In this document: in pieces, positions 56,367 through 64,000 of the stretch
How positions within the stretch are numbered: position 1 is the first letter of the stretch
Layout of the letters: each line of letters begins with the position of its first letter
Assembly: GCA_035482455.1 (NCBI GenBank)
Contig: DATHQS010000357.1
Coordinates: 28,654-92,653, forward strand
Source: Candidatus Acidiferrales bacterium
GTDB taxonomy: Bacteria > Verrucomicrobiota > Verrucomicrobiia > Limisphaerales > UBA11358
Length of the DNA: 64,000 nt
Direction: 5' to 3'
Notes under the pieces: generated by a model
What the model saw: the letters and a program-made list of their open reading frames with translations, nothing else
What the model was told of the DNA's origin: nothing
Databases searched by the model: none
Translations under genes and position numbers: made by a program

Positions 56367-56724
56367 CGGCCCTTAAAAGACCCTTTTACCGGGTTTAACC
56401 CGGAGACATTTAGAACCTGCTTTTACACCCGCTGAATGGGTGCGTGATTCGTCTTGCCAAAAGTTTCGGAACAGATTCAAAGGTTTTTGCACGAAATTAA
56501 CGGCCTTTTACACCGGATGCGCCCCGAAACTTGGGATGGTTTGCATCCGCATCAAATCATTTATTATTAAATCATTGCAAAAACAATTTCTTAAGTAACT
56601 ATTTGGTTATTTATGAAACCGCCCGCCGGCTTGGACAGTCTGTTGCTATTGTCCGGAAGTTGATTGATAGTGTGCGGCAGGACATTTTTACGAACGGAAA
56701 AATTGAGATTGAAAGGAACTAAAA

Positions 56725-58008
56725 ATGCCAGATTCCACATCCCATCCCCAGTCCCCCGGGCAACCTTCAGGTCCGCTGCCGCCGCCCGCATCCGCCGGGA
56801 AGAAAAAACATCGGGTTTGGATTGTGGTTTTGCTCCTGCTCATGGCCGGTGGTCTCCTGTTTTGGCGCAGCCGGGCCCATTCGCCGGCAGAAGCGCAGCC
56901 GGACCGGGGTGGCCGGGGTGGTGCCGGTCTGGGCCCCACCATGGTCAGCACGGCGACGGCGCAAACGGGCGACATCGGAATTTACGTCAACGCGCTGGGC
57001 GTGGTGACGCCGCTCAATACGGTGTCGATAAAGAGCCGCGTGGACGGACAACTCGTGAAGGTGAATTATCAGGAAGGCCAGCTGGTTCACGCCGGTGACC
57101 CGCTGGTGGAAATCGACCCGGCACCTTTCCAGGCGGCGCTGGACCAGGCCGCCGCCAAAGAAAACCAGGATCAGGCGTCCTTAAACCTCCAGCAGGTGGA
57201 ATTGAAACGCGAAGCCGCCTTGCTCGCCTCCAAAATCGATTCGCAGGACGCCTACGACCAGGTCGCCGCCCAGGTCAAGGAACTCGAGGCCGTTGTGAAG
57301 TCGGATCAGGCCGCCGTCGCCAGCGCCAGGGTCCAACTGGCTTATTGCCATATCACCTCGCCGATTTCCGGGCGCGCCGGGCTGCGCCTGGTGGACGCCG
57401 GCAACATCATCCAGTCCAGTGACACCACTCCGCTGGTGGTCATCACGGAGCTGCAGCCGGTCGCCGTGGTTTTTAACGTCGCGGAAGATGACCTGCCGAA
57501 GATCCAGGCGCAGTTGAAGGCGGGCCATACGCTGACCGTGGACGCCTTCGACCGGGACCAGACCAAAAAAATTGCGACCGGAACCCTGGAAACCCTGGAT
57601 AACCAGATCGATCCGACCACCGGCACGGTCAAGCTCAAGGCTGTCTTCACCAACGACGACGAATCGCTTTTTCCGAACCAGTTTGTCAACGCGCGGCTGC
57701 TGGTGGACACGTTGGAGGACGCGACGCTGCTGCCAAACACCGTCATCCAGCGCAACGCCGACGGTGCCTTCATTTATCTGATCAAGCCGGACAAGACCGG
57801 CACGAATCAAACCGTTGCGATGCAGGCCGTCACCATCGGCGCGACGGACGGAACGGTTTCGGCGGCGGACGGGATTGATCCGGGCACGGTCGTCGCCGCT
57901 GACAATTTCAACAAGCTGACAGACGGGGCGAAAGTGGTGCTCCGTCCCGCCGGCGGCGGCGGTGGTGGTGCGGGCAAGGGCGGCCGGCGCAAGCAAGGTT
58001 CCCAGTGA
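56725..58008 (+). CDS. mdtA: RND efflux periplasmic adaptor (membrane fusion protein)
   Basis: N-terminal TM segment, then a lipoyl/beta-barrel MFP pattern ([47 protein letters not shown]). It lies upstream of mdtB/mdtC with an ATGA-type overlap. Confidence 0.8.
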   Translation: MPDSTSHPQSPGQPSGPLPPPASAGKKKHRVWIVVLLLLMAGGLLFWRSRAHSPAEAQPDRGGRGGAGLGPTMVSTATAQTGDIGIYVNALGVVTPLNTVSIKSRVDGQLVKVNYQEGQLVHAGDPLVEIDPAPFQAALDQAAAKENQDQASLNLQQVELKREAALLASKIDSQDAYDQVAAQVKELEAVVKSDQAAVASARVQLAYCHITSPISGRAGLRLVDAGNIIQSSDTTPLVVITELQPVAVVFNVAEDDLPKIQAQLKAGHTLTVDAFDRDQTKKIATGTLETLDNQIDPTTGTVKLKAVFTNDDESLFPNQFVNARLLVDTLEDATLLPNTVIQRNADGAFIYLIKPDKTGTNQTVAMQAVTIGATDGTVSAADGIDPGTVVAADNFNKLTDGAKVVLRPAGGGGGGAGKGGRRKQGSQ

Positions 58009-61000
58009 GCCCGTCACGCCCATTTATCTTACGCCCGGTGGCGACATCGCTGCTGATGCTCGCCGTTTTGCTGGTCGGCTTTATCGCTTACCGGCTGCTC
58101 GCCGTTTCCGCGCTGCCGGAGGTGGATTATCCGACGATCCAAATCGTCACTTTTTATCCGGGCGCGAGCCCGGATGTGGCCGCATCCGCCATCACTGCGC
58201 CGCTGGAACGGCAGTTTGGCGAACTGCCGGGCCTTAACCAGATGACTTCGATCAGCTCCGGCGGCAGTTCCATCATCACGCTGCAGTTTGAACTGAACCT
58301 GAACATTGACGTGGCGGAACAGGAAGTGCAGGCGGCCATCAATGCGGCACAAAGCTACCTGCCCGCGGGCCTGCCCTCGCCGCCGATCTACAGCAAATCC
58401 AATCCCGCTGACGCGCCGATCATGACGCTGGCGGTCACCTCCAAAAGCTATCCGCTCTCGCAGGTCGAGGATTACACGGACACGCGGCTCGCGCAAAAAA
58501 TCTCGCAGGTCACGGGCGTCGGCCTGGTGACCATCAGCGGCGGGCAAAAGCCGGCGGTCCGCATCCAGGCCAACCCGTCCGCCCTGTCGTCGTACGGCAT
58601 CAGCCTGGAAAGCCTGCGCGCCACCCTGCAAACCGCGAGCGTGAACCTGGCGAAGGGAAATTTTGACGGTGCGCACCAGGCCTACGAAATCAACGCCAAC
58701 GACCAGCTTTTGACCAGCAAGGATTACCGGCCGCTCGTCGTGGCGTATCGCAACGGCGCGCCGGTCGTCCTGTCCGACGTGGCCGAGGTGATCGACGATG
58801 TGGAAAACGCCAAGCTCGCCGCGTGGGCCAACAGCACGCCGGCGGTCATCGTGAACATCCAGCGGCAGCCCGGCGCGAACATCATCCAGGTCGTGGACCG
58901 CGTGAAACAATTATTGCCGCAGTTGAAAGCGAACCTTCCGGCGGGCATGGATGTTTCGATCCTGACCGACCGCACGACGACCATCCGCGCGTCGGTGCGC
59001 GACGTGCAATTTTCGCTGATGCTCACCATCGCGCTCGTGGTGCTGGCGATCTTTTTGTTCCTGCGAAATGTCTATGCGACGATCATCCCCAGCGTCGCCG
59101 TGCCGCTGTCGCTGGTCGGCACCCTGGGCATCATGTATCTGCTCGGCTACAGCCTGAACAACCTCACCTTGATGGCGCTGACGATCTCCACCGGCTTCGT
59201 CGTGGACGACGCCATCGTGATGATCGAAAACGTCTTCCGCTTCATCGAACAGGGCGAAAAACCGTTGCAGGCCGCGCTGAAAGGCGCGGAGCAGATCGGC
59301 TTCACGATCATTTCGCTGACGATCTCGCTGATCGCCGGGCTGATTCCGCTCCTGTTCATGGGCGACATCGTCGGCCGGCTTTTCCGCGAATTCGCCGTGA
59401 CCCTGAGCGTGACGATCCTCGTATCCGCCTGCGTTTCGCTGACGCTCACGCCGATGATGTGCTCGCGCCTGCTCAAGGCGAAGGCGGACGAGAAAAAGCC
59501 GGGCCGGCTTTTTGAGGCATCCGAACGCGTCTATGACCGCGTCATCAAATTCTACGGGCGCACGCTGCAAACCATTTTGCGACACCAGACCGCGACGTTA
59601 TTTGTGGCCCTCGGGACATTGGCGCTGACCATCCTGCTCTACGTCATCGTGCCGAAGGGATTTTTCCCGGTGCAGGACACCGGCGTAATCCAGGGCATTT
59701 CCGACGCCGCACAGAACATTTCCTTCACGGCCATGGCGGAACGGCAGCAGGCGCTCGCGGAGGTGATCTTGAAAGACCCGGCGGTCGAAAGCCTGTCGTC
59801 ATTCATCGGCGTGGACGGCATCAACGCGACGCTGAACAGCGGCCGGATTCTCATCAACCTCAAGCCGCTCGAAGACCGGAAGATCAGCGCCAGCGATGTG
59901 ATCCGGCGCCTGCAGCCGCAACTGGCGAACGTGGACGGCATCACGCTCAACATGCAGCCGGTGCAGGATCTGACCGTGGAAGACCGCGTGAGCCGCACGC
60001 AATATCAATACACGCTCGAGGACGCGAATGCGGATGAACTGAACCAGTGGACGACGAAGCTGGTGGATAAATTGCAGACGCTTCCGGAGCTGCGCGATGT
60101 GGCCACGGACCAGCAAACACAAGGCGCGCAGGCGACGCTGGTGGTCGACCGCGTGACGGCCTCGCGGCTCGGCATCACACCGCAGGCGATCGATAACGCC
60201 CTCTACGACGCGTTCGGCCAGCGGCAGATTTCCACGCTTTTCACGCAGTTGAACCAGTATCACGTCATCCTGGAGGCGCTGCCGGAATTCCAGCGCAACC
60301 CGTCAAAGCTGAATGACATCTATGTGCTTTCCGCCTCCGGCACAGCGGTGCCGCTGGGCACGTTCTCGCATTTCGAATCCGGCGTTGCGCCGCTCGCCAT
60401 CAATCATCAGGGCCAGTTTCCCGCGGTGACCATTTCCTTCAACCTCGCACCCGGCGCGGCGCTGGGCCAGGCGACCAAGGCCATCGAGGCCGCGCAAAAG
60501 GAATTGAACATGCCGTTGAGCGTGCAGGCGTCGTTCCAAGGGACGGCGCAGGCGTTCATCGCGTCGCTCGCCAATGAACCGTGGCTCATTCTCGCGGCGA
60601 TCATCACGGTATACATCATCCTCGGCGTCCTGTACGAAAGCTACATCCATCCGATCACGATCCTCTCAACGCTGCCCTCGGCGGGCGCGGGCGCCATTCT
60701 CGCGCTGCTGGTTTCCGGAACGGAACTCGGCGTGGTCGCGCTCATCGGCATCATCCTGCTCATCGGCATCGTGCAAAAGAACGCGATTATGATGATCGAT
60801 TTCGCGCTCGACCTGGAGCGGAAGGAAAACAAGCCGCCGCAAGAGGCCATTTATCAGGCGTGCCTGCTGCGCTTCCGGCCGATCTTGATGACGACCTTTG
60901 CGGCGCTGTTCGGCGGTTTGCCGCTGGCGTTCGGCACCGGCACCGGCTCGGAACTGCGCCAGCCGCTGGGCATCGCCATCGTCGGCGGTTTGATCGTGAG

Positions 61001-61124
61001 CCAGGTGCTCACGCTGTACACGACACCGGTGATCTATCTGTGGTTTGGCCGGCTGGCCGCAAAATTTCCGCGGGCGGATGTGGCGGAGGAGGACAAGGCC
61101 GTTGTTCCGGCCCCGGCTGCATGA
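58005..61124 (+). CDS. mdtB: RND multidrug efflux permease MdtB-like
   Basis: [66 protein letters not shown] closely parallels the E. coli MdtB N-terminus as I recall it. 1039 aa. Confidence 0.85.
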   Translation: MSPSRPFILRPVATSLLMLAVLLVGFIAYRLLAVSALPEVDYPTIQIVTFYPGASPDVAASAITAPLERQFGELPGLNQMTSISSGGSSIITLQFELNLNIDVAEQEVQAAINAAQSYLPAGLPSPPIYSKSNPADAPIMTLAVTSKSYPLSQVEDYTDTRLAQKISQVTGVGLVTISGGQKPAVRIQANPSALSSYGISLESLRATLQTASVNLAKGNFDGAHQAYEINANDQLLTSKDYRPLVVAYRNGAPVVLSDVAEVIDDVENAKLAAWANSTPAVIVNIQRQPGANIIQVVDRVKQLLPQLKANLPAGMDVSILTDRTTTIRASVRDVQFSLMLTIALVVLAIFLFLRNVYATIIPSVAVPLSLVGTLGIMYLLGYSLNNLTLMALTISTGFVVDDAIVMIENVFRFIEQGEKPLQAALKGAEQIGFTIISLTISLIAGLIPLLFMGDIVGRLFREFAVTLSVTILVSACVSLTLTPMMCSRLLKAKADEKKPGRLFEASERVYDRVIKFYGRTLQTILRHQTATLFVALGTLALTILLYVIVPKGFFPVQDTGVIQGISDAAQNISFTAMAERQQALAEVILKDPAVESLSSFIGVDGINATLNSGRILINLKPLEDRKISASDVIRRLQPQLANVDGITLNMQPVQDLTVEDRVSRTQYQYTLEDANADELNQWTTKLVDKLQTLPELRDVATDQQTQGAQATLVVDRVTASRLGITPQAIDNALYDAFGQRQISTLFTQLNQYHVILEALPEFQRNPSKLNDIYVLSASGTAVPLGTFSHFESGVAPLAINHQGQFPAVTISFNLAPGAALGQATKAIEAAQKELNMPLSVQASFQGTAQAFIASLANEPWLILAAIITVYIILGVLYESYIHPITILSTLPSAGAGAILALLVSGTELGVVALIGIILLIGIVQKNAIMMIDFALDLERKENKPPQEAIYQACLLRFRPILMTTFAALFGGLPLAFGTGTGSELRQPLGIAIVGGLIVSQVLTLYTTPVIYLWFGRLAAKFPRADVAEEDKAVVPAPAA

Positions 61125-64000
61125 ACATTTCCGCGCCATTCATCCGCCGTTCGGTCGGCACCACGCTGCTGACGGCGGCGATCGCGCTGGCGGGGATTGT
61201 GTCGTATCTGCAACTGCCCGTCGCCCCGCTGCCGCAGGTGGATTTCCCGACCATCTCCGTAGGCGCGTCGTTGCCGGGTGCGAGCCCGGAAATCATGGCT
61301 TCGTCCGTCGCGGCGCCGCTGGAACGGCAGCTCGGCCACATCGCGGGCGTGAACGAAATGACGTCATCCAGCACGCTCGGTGCAAGCGGGATCACGTTGC
61401 AGTTTGATTTGAACCGCGACATCAACGGCGCAGCGCGTGATGTGCAGGCCGCGATCAACGCCGCGCGCGCCAATCTGCCGGCGAACCTTCCGAGCAACCC
61501 GACCTATCGCAAGGTCAACCCCGCCGACGCGCCGGTGCTCATCCTCGCACTCACCTCGGACATCTACGACCGCGGACAGCTTTACGATGCGGCCTCGACG
61601 ATCATCGAACAAAAGCTGCTGCAAATCGAAGGCGTCGGCCAGGTCAACATCGGCGGCGGCGCGCTGCCCGCGGTGCGCGTGGATGTCAACCCGGCCTTGT
61701 TGAACAGTTTTGGCCTGACCCTCGGTGATGTCAGCACGATGCTCGGCCAGCAAAATGCGAACCTGGCCAAAGGCCAGCTTTCCGATGACCACATGACGAT
61801 GGACATCCTCGCAAACGACCAGTTGCTCAAGGCCGTCGATTACAAAAAACTTGTCGTCGCCTACCGCAACGGCGCGGCCGTCCGGCTGGCCGATGTGGCC
61901 AATGTGCAGGACAGCGTGGAAAATGTCCGCGCGGCCGGTTTCCTCAACGGCAAACCCTCAATCCCGCTGATCATCCTGCGGCAACCGGGCGCGAACATCA
62001 TTGAGACCGTGGACCGGGTGAAAGCCTCGCTGCCATCCCTCAAGGCTTCAATGCCGGCGGGCATCAACATGAACGTGGTGCTGGACCGCACGACGACCAT
62101 CCGCGCCTCCATCCGCGAAATCGAGCGCACGTTGCTCATCGCCGTCGCGCTCGTCATCCTGGTCGTGTTCGTTTTTCTGCGCAGCCCGCGCGCGACGCTG
62201 ATTCCGGCCGTGGTGGTTCCGGTTTCCCTGATCGCCACCTTTGGCGTGATGTACCTCTTCGGTTACAGCGTGGATAATCTGTCGCTGATGGCACTGACCA
62301 TCTCGACCGGCTTCGTGGTGGACGACGCGATCGTCGTCATCGAGAACGTCACGCGGCATTTGGAAATGGGGTTGCGGCCGGTGGAAGCGGCGCTGAAAGG
62401 AGCCCGCGAGGTCGGGTTCACCGTGCTGTCCATCAGCATTTCGCTTGTGGTGGTGTTCATCCCGATTTTGCTGATGGGCGGGATCGTGGGCCGGCTGTTC
62501 CGCGAATTTGCCGTGGTACTGTCCACGGCCATCCTCGTCTCGCTGGTCGTTTCGCTCACGACCACGCCGATGATGTGCGCGCGCCTGCTGCGGCATCGCA
62601 AACCGGAAGAGCATGGAAAAATTTACCATGTGAGTGAAAAGGTTTTCACCTGGCTGCTCGGCGCCTATGAACGCAGCCTGACTGTCGTGCTGCGGCATCC
62701 GGCGATCACGCTGGTGACCCTTCTGCTGACGATCGCCCTGAACATTTATCTGTTCGTCATCGTTCCGAAGGGATTTTTTCCACAGCAGGACAACGGAACC
62801 ATGCAGGGCGGCGTGCAGGGTTCGCAGGATATTTCCTTTCCGGCGATGCACGCGGCGACCCTGAAGTTTGTGCGGGCCATCACCAACGACCCGGCGGTGC
62901 AAAACGTCGTCGCCTTCACCGGCGGCCAGGGCGCGGCCAACAGCGGGTTCATCTTTCTGGCGCTCAAGCCGCTGGATGAACGCAAGGTCCGGGCGGACCA
63001 GGTCATCGCGCGCCTGCGGCCGAAGCTTGGCGCCGTGCCGGGCGCGTCGCTGTTTTTGCAGGCCGGGCAGGATCTGCGCATCGGCGGACGCCAGAGCAGC
63101 GCACAGTATCAATACACGATCCAAAGTGAAAACCTGGACGACCTCCTGAAATGGGGGCCCATTTTGCTCGCGCAAATGAAAACCCTGCATGGTTTCGGTG
63201 AAGTCAACAGCGACCAGCAGAACAACGGCCTGCAGGCGTCGCTCGTCTATGACCGCGTCACGGCCGCGCGGCTGGGCGTTTCGCCGCAGACCATCGACCA
63301 GACGTTGTACCAGGCGTTCGGCCAGGCGCAGGTTTCGACGATGTATTCGTCATTGAACCAATATCACGTCATCATGGAGGCCGCCCCGCAATTTTTGCAG
63401 GGCCCGCAGGGGCTGGCCGGGATCTATCTGCGCGCGACCAACGGCACCGCGATGGTTCCGCTCAACGCCGTGGCGCATTACGAGCCAACGACCGCACCCA
63501 TCTCCGTGAATCATCAGGGCCAGTTTCCGGCCGTCACGCTCTCGTTCAATCTCACGCCGGGGTTTGCGCTGAGCGACGCGGTGAAGTCGATCCAGCAGAT
63601 GGAACAAAAAATCAAGATGCCCGGGACGATCCACGGCAATTTTGCCGGAACCCTGCAGGCCTTCCAGCAATCGCTGGCGACCGAGCCGTTTCTGATCCTG
63701 GCGGCGCTGGTGGCGGTCTACATCGTGCTGGGGATGCTGTATGAAAGTTACATCCACCCGATCACGATCCTTTCCACGCTGCCATCGGCCGGTGTCGGTG
63801 CGGTGCTGGCGCTGTTGATCTTCAAAACGGACCTGAGCATCATCGCGGTCATCGGCATTTTGCTGCTGATCGGCATCGTGAAAAAGAACGCGATCATGAT
63901 GGTGGACTTCGCGCTCGCGGCCGAACGCGAGGAGGGGAAAAGTTCGCGCGATGCGATTTATCAGGCGTGCCAGTTGCGTTTCCGGCCGATCTTGATGACC
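61121..64000 (+). CDS. mdtC: RND multidrug efflux permease MdtC-like; runs off the right window edge
   Basis: My translation from ATG 61121 gives [84 protein letters not shown]. The frame is open to 64000 (960 codons). The ATGA overlaps the mdtB stop. Confidence 0.85.
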   Translation, partial: MNISAPFIRRSVGTTLLTAAIALAGIVSYLQLPVAPLPQVDFPTISVGASLPGASPEIMASSVAAPLERQLGHIAGVNEMTSSSTLGASGITLQFDLNRDINGAARDVQAAINAARANLPANLPSNPTYRKVNPADAPVLILALTSDIYDRGQLYDAASTIIEQKLLQIEGVGQVNIGGGALPAVRVDVNPALLNSFGLTLGDVSTMLGQQNANLAKGQLSDDHMTMDILANDQLLKAVDYKKLVVAYRNGAAVRLADVANVQDSVENVRAAGFLNGKPSIPLIILRQPGANIIETVDRVKASLPSLKASMPAGINMNVVLDRTTTIRASIREIERTLLIAVALVILVVFVFLRSPRATLIPAVVVPVSLIATFGVMYLFGYSVDNLSLMALTISTGFVVDDAIVVIENVTRHLEMGLRPVEAALKGAREVGFTVLSISISLVVVFIPILLMGGIVGRLFREFAVVLSTAILVSLVVSLTTTPMMCARLLRHRKPEEHGKIYHVSEKVFTWLLGAYERSLTVVLRHPAITLVTLLLTIALNIYLFVIVPKGFFPQQDNGTMQGGVQGSQDISFPAMHAATLKFVRAITNDPAVQNVVAFTGGQGAANSGFIFLALKPLDERKVRADQVIARLRPKLGAVPGASLFLQAGQDLRIGGRQSSAQYQYTIQSENLDDLLKWGPILLAQMKTLHGFGEVNSDQQNNGLQASLVYDRVTAARLGVSPQTIDQTLYQAFGQAQVSTMYSSLNQYHVIMEAAPQFLQGPQGLAGIYLRATNGTAMVPLNAVAHYEPTTAPISVNHQGQFPAVTLSFNLTPGFALSDAVKSIQQMEQKIKMPGTIHGNFAGTLQAFQQSLATEPFLILAALVAVYIVLGMLYESYIHPITILSTLPSAGVGAVLALLIFKTDLSIIAVIGILLLIGIVKKNAIMMVDFALAAEREEGKSSRDAIYQACQLRFRPILMT

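Larger units (their letters stand above)
45380..56560 (+). mobile_element. ~11 kb Mu-like transposable element (c-like repressor / ner-like / A-like DDE transposase / B-like ATPase) without virion genes; ends approximate
   Basis: Gene order mirrors the Mu early region. Sub-terminal motifs occur in inverted orientation at the two ends. Left: gaaatcgtgcag, gatttcgtgcaaacc, ggtgcaaagg, ggtgcaaaga. Right (reverse complement): aatttcgtgcaaaaacc, ggtgtaaaagg, ggtgtaaaagc, ccggtaaaaggg. Confidence 0.5.

Noticed and set aside
56367-56724. Possible small gene or ncRNA between the B-like gene and mdtA (track ORFs 56531-56722(+) and 56591-56791(-)).
   Set aside because: The ORFs are short and AT-rich with no motif. 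The region is better explained as the right end of the Mu-like element plus the mdtA promoter region.

Overview
High-GC bacterial chromosome, probably from the PVC superphylum (Verrucomicrobiota-like). This is inferred from a prepilin-type '[25 protein letters not shown]' protein with a C-terminal H-X9-DG block. The layout has four parts. (1) 1-14.7 kb is ordinary chromosome: a DHS-like gene, a LysR/SDR pair, a peroxiredoxin-like gene, a flavoprotein disulfide reductase, two secreted beta-helix proteins, agmatine deiminase, a GT87-like membrane glycosyltransferase, a pseudopilin, an ECF sigma factor and glnD. (2) tRNA-Gly(CCC) lies at 14712-14785. Its 3' 31 bp are repeated exactly at 45328-45358, which delimits a ~30.6 kb integrated island. 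The island carries a tyrosine integrase, a small HTH protein and a MobF relaxase. It also carries 2.4 kb of apparently non-coding DNA with covarying stem-loop modules and 11-bp phased repeat arrays, and a dense cargo of defence-type genes. That cargo comprises a Clp-fold protease with a small acidic protein; a PLD-SNF2 ATPase; a 1395-aa m6A methyltransferase whose C-terminus looks AbiEi-like; an AbiEii nucleotidyltransferase; a Thr/Met/Ala mini-ORF; a UvrD-like helicase; a DUF262-HNH protein; a PD-(D/E)xK protein; a membrane-anchored dUTPase/dCTP-deaminase-fold protein; a PUA-like-HNH protein; a serine recombinase-ParB-ParB operon; and a Fic protein. (3) 45.4-56.6 kb is an ~11 kb Mu-like transposable unit (repressor, ner-like, A-like and B-like genes) with no virion genes. 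(4) From 56.7 kb the chromosome resumes with mdtA-mdtB-mdtC, and mdtC runs off the right edge. The best candidate for an undescribed system is the translationally coupled + strand cluster at 22069-34516, together with its neighbours up to 38.6 kb. It does not fit BREX, DISARM or canonical type I-IV RM gene sets. All functional calls rest on motifs I could read by eye. No database search was run.
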